Assembly (NCBI GenBank): GCA_965208905.1
Contig: OZ242365.1
Span: 1,632,001-1,696,000 of the forward strand
Source: Nitrosopumilaceae archaeon
GTDB taxonomy: Archaea > Thermoproteota > Nitrososphaeria > Nitrososphaerales > Nitrosopumilaceae
DNA length: 64,000 nucleotides
Reading direction: 5' to 3'
Translations under genes and position numbers: made by a program
In this document: positions 10,014-19,484 of the stretch, piece after piece
How the letters are laid out: each line of letters begins with the position of its first letter
Position numbering within the stretch: the stretch's first letter is position 1
The notes under the pieces: model-generated
The model's database searches: none
The model's input: the letters and a program-made list of their open reading frames with translations, nothing else
What the model was told of the DNA's origin: nothing

Positions 10014-12109
10014 GTAACATGTCACCTCCCCCACTTTCTGTAGTCATGGCATCTATCAAACAGGCGTCATTATCTATGCCAAGATGATGTGTTAAACGGC
10101 AACGAGAGCCAATATGTTGTGCTTAAATAGCGATGTTACGATCTTCTCATGATCACTACAAAATGAGAAGACAGCAACATCACCAACAAACACTTGCAAA
10201 AAGCATATTTAACGATAATCGGTCAATAGGAGATGAACGTGACGCCCTGATAACACAACAGATGGATGAGATAGCACGTCTAAAGGCAGACATCAAGCAT
10301 AATTCCCAAATGTATGATGAAAAGGATGCAGTGTATGTAAAGATAGACAGTAGTGTATGTAAAATCACCGAGCGCTGCAATATGCTCTTCACGAAGGGAA
10401 AATATGACGCAACAGCCAGAGAGCAGATACTGTTGGACCTGTCACGTTCCACTGTAGAATATGCAGACCACAAAAGCCGGGAAACAAAGGAGATAATGAA
10501 AAGACTTGCCGCCATGGCCGGTGAGGTGGAGGATCTCAAGGCAAGGATGAAGGACGTTGAGCGCAGGGACGCTGCAAACGACTCGGGATCGACGCCGCCC
10601 TCACACGGCACCATAACACGGCAGCAGATAAGGGCGCGGCACCAGCAAGAAAACGAACAGGCCGCAACCCCGGCCAAGATGGGCCCGCCAAAGGGTCACA
10701 CGGGCCATGCACGCTCATATGATGTGGATGACAGGGTGGACCTTTCACTTGACACATGTCCTGACTGCGGCCGGCCGCTTGTACGGCTGGACCGATACTC
10801 CAAGGTGGCACTTGAGCTTGAGAAAATCGGAGTTACAGAGAAGCTGTACGACGTGTATCTTTACATGTGCGGCACGTGCGGTCCCATATCAACCGAGCCC
10901 GACTGGATGCTTAACGGCACCAGCATAGGCAAGAAGTGGTTGATCAAAATTATCAGATTGTCTCACACCAACAAGAGCATGTCGGAGTTAAGCGAGACAA
11001 TCGAGATAGCATACGGCAAAAGGCTGTGCCGCGATACACTCAAGAAGGCATTGGAGACAAGCCAAGCCCCGTTGCGGCCGGAGATCGATACAATACAGGC
11101 CAATATCGCAAAATCCGAGTCGGGTCACCTTTATGATACGGTCATGCCCCTTGGCCGGGACAGGAACACATATGACTGCAAGACCCGTGATAGGGCAGGC
11201 GGTAATGGCAATGATGATAACCGGGGCAGGGCAGGCAAAGACGGCCGTATGTGGGTCATGGTCGGGGACAGAAATTGGGTCAGGTACATGGCCGCCCAGA
11301 CACGCACCAAAGCCGAGATGATGGCGAATTTTCCGTATCCAGACCTGCCGATACACTGTGATGCGTATCCCGCACACAATTATTTTCAGGTACGCCAGCT
11401 GTGCTGGGCACATGTCAAGACCAAGGTTGAAAACGGGGTCATCAAGAACGACGCCCCTACAGGACAGTATCTTTATCACCGGCTCATGAACATATACCAT
11501 CATGTCAAGGATCTGCTGCCTGACACGCCAATACAATACATACAACACATCATATCCGAAACAGAGACAATAGGCCGACTCCTCTTGCAGGAGGGCATAA
11601 ATGCCGGAACCTGCGTGCGCAACTGTGCACCATACCTGTTCACGGCAGTCACCCACACGTCCATGGAGTTTACAAACAACCTTGCCGAGCGTCTGCTGCG
11701 CAGGTACGTGATTCGGCGCAAGGTGACATACAGATTTGCCACGCTGCGTGGGGCGCAAAGATACTGCACTATTGCAAGCTGCCTTGAGACGTGGAAGCTT
11801 CAGGGCAGAAACGCCCAGACAGAGCTTGAGCGGCTCTTTGGAATATGACTTGAATCCCTGTACATGCAGGGCCGTAGGAAAACACCAGCCCGCAGAGGGA
11901 CGCACAAGGCTGCGCACATCATTTTGATATCACATATGTGGCAACGGCCCATACCGCACAACAAACCAATTCACGTCAAATCCGCAACAGCCTGTGGACG
12001 TACACTTGCATGACATGGTCATAATACACATCCCATTACCGATTCCGGTGTGATTTTGCACGATGTTCATGCCTGTGCCTAAACAGGTTGGGGGGAGGTG
12101 ACATGTTAC
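10014..12109 (+). mobile_element. IS66-family insertion sequence (single-ORF type)
   Basis: TIRs GTAACATGTCACCTCCCCC (10014-) and GGGGGAGGTGACATGTTAC (-12109); 8-bp TSD TCGGCGCT at 10006-10013 and 12110-12117. Confidence 0.92.
10133..11848 (+). CDS. IS66 transposase (TnpC-like)
   Basis: Coiled coil, NDSGSTPPS, GPPKGHTG, CPDCG zinc finger, CDAY, QLCWAH and TNNLAER. Confidence 0.88.
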   Translation: MLRSSHDHYKMRRQQHHQQTLAKSIFNDNRSIGDERDALITQQMDEIARLKADIKHNSQMYDEKDAVYVKIDSSVCKITERCNMLFTKGKYDATAREQILLDLSRSTVEYADHKSRETKEIMKRLAAMAGEVEDLKARMKDVERRDAANDSGSTPPSHGTITRQQIRARHQQENEQAATPAKMGPPKGHTGHARSYDVDDRVDLSLDTCPDCGRPLVRLDRYSKVALELEKIGVTEKLYDVYLYMCGTCGPISTEPDWMLNGTSIGKKWLIKIIRLSHTNKSMSELSETIEIAYGKRLCRDTLKKALETSQAPLRPEIDTIQANIAKSESGHLYDTVMPLGRDRNTYDCKTRDRAGGNGNDDNRGRAGKDGRMWVMVGDRNWVRYMAAQTRTKAEMMANFPYPDLPIHCDAYPAHNYFQVRQLCWAHVKTKVENGVIKNDAPTGQYLYHRLMNIYHHVKDLLPDTPIQYIQHIISETETIGRLLLQEGINAGTCVRNCAPYLFTAVTHTSMEFTNNLAERLLRRYVIRRKVTYRFATLRGAQRYCTIASCLETWKLQGRNAQTELERLFGI

Positions 12110-12271
12110 TCGGCGCTTGAAAAGTCCATGTGAGATTTACAATATTTTTTCAGAAAGATGTGATTTTTACATTTTACCTAATCTGATGAGGTGTTGCGCA
12201 GCCTGATCCCCACATAGTCTTGTACGGTAGGACCTCTATGATTGTCGGTAGTCAAGGTGTGTCGAGCTCGA

Positions 12272-13741
12272 TCAATTCGGACAGTCTCCTCGTATAGTTG
12301 TGTCAACACGTGTCAGCGCGGTACTGGCAATACTTCCCAACATTCTACTCAGTTCCAACTCATACTCGCGGGTTACGTCTTCGGCCCCACTAGTTGCATG
12401 GGCCGCCTCGTGGAGCAGTACACCGGCATACTCACTGAGACTGGATAGTGTCGTTCTCTTGACTGTGATATACTCCCCATCCCATATGCCGTCCACGTCA
12501 AACTGCCCCGGTCTCATGGTCTCAGAGATGCGTACGCCTCCCGCTAGATGCCGCGCGCCAACCAACTCTAGAATAGATTCAGTCCTGTCCCATATACCAC
12601 TCTCGGCCGGGCCGAGGTCAGCAGGGTCCACGAACCGGAACTCAAAGCGCTCATTGAGATCAGTCACGTACTGTGTCATGTCGTGTACCATACCGCCGGC
12701 CTCATCTTTGGCACCGGCCAGCTTGCTCCATATACTGTCGGTAACTGTAACAATAGTCCTACCCTCACACCGCGCGTCATCCATGACAGCAGCCATCTCG
12801 CGCTGCTCACCGGCAGTTGCAAATATGACCGGGTTGTCACCCGCGTTGAGCAACTTACATGCCCTGACGGCGACATCGACCCATTTTGTTTCGTCACGTT
12901 GCTGTCCAGTCTCATGCTCGCCGATGTCGGCAGCCAGCATGACTGCAACATTGGTGCTTTTTGCCTCCAATAGAATTGACTTTACGCGCTCTGTGTACGC
13001 CTGGCGTCCGACGTTGGCCCGCTCCCGGTTGAGCATGCTCCTCATCTTCTTCGTTGGTTTGGTTATATCATACGAGAATAGAAAGTTGTCCTCGGTGGAT
13101 ACCAACACGCCGTTCACGTATATACGGCTGGGTCCGCTAACTGGCCTCCTAATGATGTCCCCAAACTTGGTGGACTCCAAGTCCTCCTCTCTACTGAACC
13201 TCCTGAACAGGGACTTTGCTCCCTCTATCTCATCTGGCTGTACGTTCTCCAGTATCACCTCCGTTCCAACCATCTCAGCATCATCCGGCGGACTGACCAG
13301 CGCATGGAGTGTAGTGATGTCCTCGAACCCGTGCTTTTCAGCCAGCTTTGTGGTGAGTGTGCAATGCCGTGAGGATATTCGTACATTCACGCCGCGCCTG
13401 TCAAATACCGCCAAGGCATCCTTCAGGCCAACCCCGAACCTCCCTATGACTGGAGCCTTTCCGGATGTCTTTTCGTCATCTTCGTTCTGCGTGAGATGCT
13501 CCGGCTTGATACCGCGTCCCCAGTCCCGGACGACGAACGACTTTTTGGCGGTCTTTCGTATCTCAATATCTTTGGTACTGGTCAGTAACTGTTCGTCCAG
13601 CGCGTTGGCTATTATCTCGCGGATGGCGTGCTTCACTTCCCAATCGTCCAGAACCTCCTCTATGTTCAGATCAAACTTGCACTCTTCCGTGGTTGATTCC
13701 CGTTTGCTCCTGTATTTGATCCCAAACAAACCCATGATCAA
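12272..13741 (-). CDS. GHKL ATPase with C-terminal HExxH metallopeptidase-like motif
   Basis: REIIANALDE, RDWGRG, IGRFGVGLKDA and GTEV; LLHEAAH near the C-terminus. Confidence 0.75.
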   Translation of the reverse strand: MIMGLFGIKYRSKRESTTEECKFDLNIEEVLDDWEVKHAIREIIANALDEQLLTSTKDIEIRKTAKKSFVVRDWGRGIKPEHLTQNEDDEKTSGKAPVIGRFGVGLKDALAVFDRRGVNVRISSRHCTLTTKLAEKHGFEDITTLHALVSPPDDAEMVGTEVILENVQPDEIEGAKSLFRRFSREEDLESTKFGDIIRRPVSGPSRIYVNGVLVSTEDNFLFSYDITKPTKKMRSMLNRERANVGRQAYTERVKSILLEAKSTNVAVMLAADIGEHETGQQRDETKWVDVAVRACKLLNAGDNPVIFATAGEQREMAAVMDDARCEGRTIVTVTDSIWSKLAGAKDEAGGMVHDMTQYVTDLNERFEFRFVDPADLGPAESGIWDRTESILELVGARHLAGGVRISETMRPGQFDVDGIWDGEYITVKRTTLSSLSEYAGVLLHEAAHATSGAEDVTREYELELSRMLGSIASTALTRVDTTIRGDCPN

Positions 13742-13878
13742 AAATAAGTTATAATGTATTTAAACCCCACACACAGAAAACTATAATGTTGTCCGAGAGT
13801 GACGCTTGCATCGTCCCCCAGTCACACTACAACTTCGATACAACCACGTTTAGATATATCCGGCATCATTGATCATGT

Positions 13879-14187
13879 ATGGCTTGGTCAATCTTCACCG
13901 TCATCGTGATTGCTGTAGTATTATTCTTGGTTTGGAATTATACAGTAGACAACCCAGAGATACTGGAGGATATTGACGATGCAGTCCTGATACGCTGCAC
14001 GATAAGCGATATGCTGTACGAGAGATTGGTTGATGTTGGTTTAAACCGGGACCAAATACTTGTACTGGATGCCATGCTACAGGGTGAGAGAGTGTTGGCC
14101 GGAGACATACGCGACATAGCCAAACATGCCAAAGAAGTGAGCAAGTCAGTTGCGTGGAATGCCATATGTTATACTGCGGACAGTTAA
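13879..14187 (+). CDS. small membrane-anchored hypothetical protein
   Basis: N-terminal hydrophobic helix. Confidence 0.55.
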   Translation: MAWSIFTVIVIAVVLFLVWNYTVDNPEILEDIDDAVLIRCTISDMLYERLVDVGLNRDQILVLDAMLQGERVLAGDIRDIAKHAKEVSKSVAWNAICYTADS

Positions 14188-14398
14188 ATCTGGGAGCCGC
14201 ATATTCTTGAGCATGCGCTCGAACCACCACATAGTAAACCATTTACTATGCCCCAGACGGGTCTGAACTGTATAATAATCGGCGCTTGAAACACCTATAC
14301 AAGATTCCCAAAAAGGTGTAATTCCCGCATTCACCCAAACCCCGTCATACCTGCACATCTTGTGATAACCTTAAAACGTATCTGGCGAAAATAATAAC

Positions 14399-16861
14399 AT
14401 GAAGCCATTTCACAAGCTCCTCGAAGTCAGACCTGACGTGCGCGACGGGACGCTGGACCTGTCTGTATATGCGGCCAACCTCGGAGACGTAGTATCCAAG
14501 ATAGACAAGCCTGCCGCCAGAGAGTACCGCGACCCTGTACTGTTTAGAGAGATGACATACGAGACTGAAGGAATGCGCAAGGCATTGAACGATATTCGTG
14601 TACGATTACAGGAAGGCAGGGGGAACGGAGTGCGCCAGTTGGAGACTAGTTTTGGCGGCGGAAAGACGCACGCCATGATAGCAATGTACCACAAGTGCAC
14701 GGAGTGGAACGCAACACGTATAGCGATAGATTGCCAGTTTCTAGACACAGCCTATACGATATGGGGGGAGATGGAGCGCCAGTTAGACGGCACAATAACC
14801 AAGATGACTGGTCAGGTTGCGCCCTCCGGAGACAGAATCTACGAGCTGCTGTCAAACAGGGACAAACCCGTACTAATATTGATGGATGAGATATTCAACT
14901 ACATAAAGAGGGCGATTGCCGTAACGATTGGCAACTCTGATCTGGCGGCCCAGACAACCACATTCATGCAGAACCTCAACGGTCAGCTTGGCAGTCTGCC
15001 AAACGTATGCCTGGTGATGTCATTATCCAACCGCGATGATGTCCTCAAGGCGGACAACAAGACTGCGCGAACGGAGAACGAATATTACGAGAAACTACAA
15101 CGCATAGCCGGACGGCACCTACAACCTGTAACCATATCTGAGGATAATGACATATCCCATATTATACGCCGTAGGCTCTTCAAGACCGACGAGGGTATAA
15201 TATCAGACCGCGCACAGGACACAATACAGTATTGTATGGACAAGATGAAGGAGGGCGGCCTCATATCTGCCGATGATGTAAAGTCATACACCACGCGATT
15301 CAGCAACACATACCCCTTCACGCCAGACGTAATAGACATACTGAACAACAGGTGGGGGTCGTACCCAACCTTTCAAAGGACACGTGGTGTGTTGCGGCTA
15401 TTGTCGCTGGTTGTACACTCAATGCTGAAATCCAAAAGAGGGTGGATTGCACCAGGCGACATAGACCTTTCTGTATCCGCGATACGGGGAGAGTTGCTCA
15501 AACATTCAGGAGACAATACCGCGAGTGTGGTTGACGCAGACATAGTTGGAAGTAGTGCGTGGGCTAGGAAAGCGGACGGGGATACGGGCGTGCGCTGTGC
15601 AACAAGCATATTCATGTACTCGTTTCCACCCAAGATAGGTCATGGCGCAACACTTGAGGAGGTAAAGCGCGCCTCGTTCACGGACCAAACATCACACTGG
15701 GTTGCGGGTGACTCGGTGGGCAAACTAAAACGGCGCTGCTTCTATCTGGAAGAGACTGATGAGGGAATGTTGTACTTTGACATTAACCCCGGCATCAACC
15801 ACATGATAGACCAGGCCAAGCGGAACGTAACTGACGCTGCCGTACATGATGCGGAGCGACATCTGTTGGACGGGGCGAGGGATGGCGGCAGGTTTGTCAA
15901 CATACACATATGGCCTGATGAGACCGAGGCGTACAATATACCGGACAGGCCGGTTTTACAGTTGATAATATGCAAGAAGAACAACCCGGAGTGGTGCAAG
16001 AGGGTGGTAGACGGAACGAACAAGTCACGCCGCACAAACATGAACGGTCTGATATTTGTGCTTCCCACGGATGGAATTGTGCTAAATGACATGTTACGTT
16101 TACAGTTGGGCGCAGAGTCCGTACACTCACACATGAAAAATACGACAGAATATACATCCGCACGACGCTCATACGTAAACTCGGAGATTAATCGGGCTAG
16201 GGAGGTGATGGGTGATGAGTTGTGCAAAAAGTACTCGGTGGTGTATGTACCGGACAGGGAGGAGGGCGTAATCAAGTTTAATGAATACCTGTTTAATCCC
16301 CGTCAGGATAGTAACATATCGCTGGATGTTCTGTTGTGGGAGCGTCTCGTACGGGACAACCAGATAGCGGAAAATATAGCTCCGGATATAGCCAGAGAGC
16401 ACGGGAGTGACGCCGATAGCGTATATGATACAATGATACGCATACCGGGCAATGCGATGCCTGCATCCTTGGAGGTTGTACGAAGGGCGTTTGAGACTGA
16501 AGAGGTGGAAGATGGGCCTGAACCGGAACCCACCACACCCGCAACGGGTGGTTCAATCTGGGGTGGATTTTCGCCTGGTGAGAGGCCTGTTGAGCCGGAA
16601 CCTCCCGAGTCAGAGGCGACGCATGAAAGGATGGTATACACAGATGTGCTTGATGCAGTAGGAGTGGCTGATATTCGTAGCATACTTTGGGCGCCACAAA
16701 AACTATCTCTTAATGGATTTACCTGTAATATAGACAAGCGTCCTGATGGAATGTATGATGTGCGTCTGGAGATGAGCGGGAAGATACCTGATAGTTTTGT
16801 ATCTACCATAAGGCCCACCAACCGGGGAAATGTGGAGATAGATGGCGGCTGGGACGAATAG
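14399..16861 (+). CDS. DUF499 AAA+ ATPase (restriction-like/BREX-related module)
   Basis: YAANLGDV, TSFGGGKTH, LILMDE, YPFTP and FQRTRGVLRLL. Confidence 0.88.
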   Translation: MKPFHKLLEVRPDVRDGTLDLSVYAANLGDVVSKIDKPAAREYRDPVLFREMTYETEGMRKALNDIRVRLQEGRGNGVRQLETSFGGGKTHAMIAMYHKCTEWNATRIAIDCQFLDTAYTIWGEMERQLDGTITKMTGQVAPSGDRIYELLSNRDKPVLILMDEIFNYIKRAIAVTIGNSDLAAQTTTFMQNLNGQLGSLPNVCLVMSLSNRDDVLKADNKTARTENEYYEKLQRIAGRHLQPVTISEDNDISHIIRRRLFKTDEGIISDRAQDTIQYCMDKMKEGGLISADDVKSYTTRFSNTYPFTPDVIDILNNRWGSYPTFQRTRGVLRLLSLVVHSMLKSKRGWIAPGDIDLSVSAIRGELLKHSGDNTASVVDADIVGSSAWARKADGDTGVRCATSIFMYSFPPKIGHGATLEEVKRASFTDQTSHWVAGDSVGKLKRRCFYLEETDEGMLYFDINPGINHMIDQAKRNVTDAAVHDAERHLLDGARDGGRFVNIHIWPDETEAYNIPDRPVLQLIICKKNNPEWCKRVVDGTNKSRRTNMNGLIFVLPTDGIVLNDMLRLQLGAESVHSHMKNTTEYTSARRSYVNSEINRAREVMGDELCKKYSVVYVPDREEGVIKFNEYLFNPRQDSNISLDVLLWERLVRDNQIAENIAPDIAREHGSDADSVYDTMIRIPGNAMPASLEVVRRAFETEEVEDGPEPEPTTPATGGSIWGGFSPGERPVEPEPPESEATHERMVYTDVLDAVGVADIRSILWAPQKLSLNGFTCNIDKRPDGMYDVRLEMSGKIPDSFVSTIRPTNRGNVEIDGGWDE

Positions 16862-19484
16862 ACTCATTGGTACGATAATACCAATAAACGAGATATCAAA
16901 GGGTGGAGCCGCAGAGAAGAACAAAAGTCGTAATAGAATCAACAACTTACATCGGTGGTGGGCTTCGCGGCCCACCACAGTATCCCGCGTAACGGCATAT
17001 GCGGCGCTTGTAGACCCACCAATAGAGGAGCATAGAGAAATGATACGAAACATGTGCGATTATGATAATACAACCAAACCTGATCGTATACTAGTACGGG
17101 ATGCCGCGCGCAAGCGAATCAAAGAGAAATGGAAAACCCCACCAAAGGTGTTGGACCCGTTCGGCGGCACGGGAGCATTACCATTTAGCGCCGCATGGTT
17201 GGGCTGTGACTCTCATTCTATAGATTACAATCCGGTTGCTGTACTTATACAGAAATGCGCATTGGAATATCCACCAAAATATGGACAGAAGTTAAAGGAA
17301 GATGTCATACAATATGCCAAAAAGGTTGGAGACATGTTGAGGGAGCGCACTGCACAATACTACCCAAGCAGCGACCACTACGGATACATCTGGTGTCGCA
17401 CTGTTCAATGTAATTGTGGATACATAATACCACTTGTACACAACTATATGCTCTCAAAGAGGCAGGGGGTTCACTTCAGGCCAGCAGCCAAGGGCGGCGA
17501 GATCAGGTTTACGGTTCACGGTAAGGGTGAGGTACCTCACCCACAAGTGGGCGGCAATCGCGGCATGTGCATGAGTTGTGGCCGCCCATACACCTACCTT
17601 GAATTGCGGGACATGATATGGGAGCATGGCTCTGCAATGATGTGTGTCGCAGTGTCGGCTCCAAAACGCGGTAAGGGTAAGACCTTTAGACCGGCGAACG
17701 CAGACGACGCGGCGCTGTACGAATCGTGCTCGGCACAACTTGCAGAGCGGCGCGAGTGGTTCCGCAAAAAGCATGGTGTGGATCCAATACCGGACATGCC
17801 AATCCACACGCCGGATGAAAGGGAGTATAGGCGCGGCGGGCCTGCGTGGCATGTGCTAGGTGTGGTCACCTATGGGCAGACGCGATGGTCACACCTCTTC
17901 AATGACCGCCAACCACTCTGCATGACAATACTATTGGAGATATTGCGCGAGGTCGAGTCGGACGTAGTCGCGCAGCATGGTCGTGAACGCGGCACCGCAA
18001 TCGTGACTTACCTCGGACTGATTATGGACAAGGTACTGGAAAACTACTGCCGGCTATCTCGATGGCGATCAGACAGTAGTGCGATTGTGGACTGCTTTGC
18101 GCAGCAGAACATAGACAAAAAGTGGGACTATGCGGAGGCGGCGCCGCACATATTCTGGCAAAACACCACTGAGTCGCTCCTGGGGGGCATGGGGGCCGCG
18201 CTTTCTAGTGACGTGGTCTGCGACGTACAGCGCGCCTCGGCGACCAAATTACCCTACGAAGACGATATGTTCGACGCGGTCTGCACTGACCCGCCTTACT
18301 ACGACTCCATGCAATACTCTCGCCTAGCTGACTTTTTCTACGTCTGGCTAAAGTGCTCTGTCGGCCATCTACACCCTGAACTTTTCCGGGGTGCACATAC
18401 GCCAAAAAAACACGAGGTGGTAGAGAATGAGGGCAACGCCATAGGCGCGACTACGGACTGCGAGGTGCGCGACAGTGACGGCTACCTAAAATTGATGTCA
18501 CAGTCACTACGCGAGATGCATCGTGTGCTGAAGCCTGGCGGCGTACTCGTACTTGTATACGCGCACAAGACCACCGAAGGATGGGAGACTCTCATCAAGT
18601 CAATACTGGACGCGGGCTTTACAATAACAGCGGCCTGGCCCATTGACACAGAGAACACATCGCGGATGGGGTCCCGCGTTGGCGGGCAGGGCACCGCGTC
18701 ACTCGCCTCATCAATATACATGGTGGGTCGCAAGTGGGAGCGCAGGCCACCAGCCGAGTGGCGTATAGTACAGCGTGAATTCCGCGAGCACACATGCGCG
18801 ATACTGGATAAGTTAATCAAGGCCAACATAACCGGCTCGGACTTTTACATCGCGGCCATCGGCTCCGCTCTGGAGATATTCGGCAAGTATAAGGCGGTGC
18901 GAATGATAGACGGTGAGACAATCGATGTGGGCTTTATTCTAGATGAGATACGCAAATTGTGCTCGGAGTTCATAGTAAAGACACTCACGACTGGTAAGGG
19001 TGGAAACATAGACAATCTCACCAAACTATACATTGTATGGAGATGGTCATATGGTAACCAAAAAGTACCATACGATGATGCGCGCAAACTCTTCACCGGT
19101 GTGGGACTGAACCTGGATGACTATACAGGTAAGGGTGGTATCGTAAAGATAAAGAAAACGAAATCGAAAAGTGAGGTACACTTACTAACGCACCAGGAGC
19201 GCGACGATGAGATACAGATTAAAGGCAGTATAGACGTAACACATCAGGCAATACGTCTACTAAATGCAAACAAACGTGATGAGATGAAGGAATTACTCCT
19301 CAGTACAGGTAATACGGGTGATGAGTTCAACGCAGTCTGTAAGGCAATCGTACAGGCGGGCCGCTCGCAGGGCGGACAGACGGACGAATCAAGGGAGATT
19401 GAACAGTTCTGGTCTGGGCGGCAGGGAGAGGTATACGAATCAACGCCGGGACAGCAAAGGATGACTGATTATAATGAAGTTTGA
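16842..19484 (+). CDS. DUF1156 adenine-specific DNA methyltransferase
   Basis: LHRWWASRP, VLDPFGGTG, TDPPYYD and VYAHKTTEGWE. Confidence 0.9.
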   Translation: MAAGTNRLIGTIIPINEISKGGAAEKNKSRNRINNLHRWWASRPTTVSRVTAYAALVDPPIEEHREMIRNMCDYDNTTKPDRILVRDAARKRIKEKWKTPPKVLDPFGGTGALPFSAAWLGCDSHSIDYNPVAVLIQKCALEYPPKYGQKLKEDVIQYAKKVGDMLRERTAQYYPSSDHYGYIWCRTVQCNCGYIIPLVHNYMLSKRQGVHFRPAAKGGEIRFTVHGKGEVPHPQVGGNRGMCMSCGRPYTYLELRDMIWEHGSAMMCVAVSAPKRGKGKTFRPANADDAALYESCSAQLAERREWFRKKHGVDPIPDMPIHTPDEREYRRGGPAWHVLGVVTYGQTRWSHLFNDRQPLCMTILLEILREVESDVVAQHGRERGTAIVTYLGLIMDKVLENYCRLSRWRSDSSAIVDCFAQQNIDKKWDYAEAAPHIFWQNTTESLLGGMGAALSSDVVCDVQRASATKLPYEDDMFDAVCTDPPYYDSMQYSRLADFFYVWLKCSVGHLHPELFRGAHTPKKHEVVENEGNAIGATTDCEVRDSDGYLKLMSQSLREMHRVLKPGGVLVLVYAHKTTEGWETLIKSILDAGFTITAAWPIDTENTSRMGSRVGGQGTASLASSIYMVGRKWERRPPAEWRIVQREFREHTCAILDKLIKANITGSDFYIAAIGSALEIFGKYKAVRMIDGETIDVGFILDEIRKLCSEFIVKTLTTGKGGNIDNLTKLYIVWRWSYGNQKVPYDDARKLFTGVGLNLDDYTGKGGIVKIKKTKSKSEVHLLTHQERDDEIQIKGSIDVTHQAIRLLNANKRDEMKELLLSTGNTGDEFNAVCKAIVQAGRSQGGQTDESREIEQFWSGRQGEVYESTPGQQRMTDYNEV

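Noticed and set aside
11120-11145. IS66 transposase inactivated at its first catalytic Asp (HLYDT vs usual HADET)
   Set aside because: The alignment register cannot be fixed by eye; an Asp is still adjacent.
12300-13754. 484-aa plus-strand ORF
   Set aside because: Antisense shadow of the GHKL ATPase gene; Ser-rich with no motifs. The same applies to other long shadow ORFs (e.g. 10988-11917, 36522-37379, 53336-54286).
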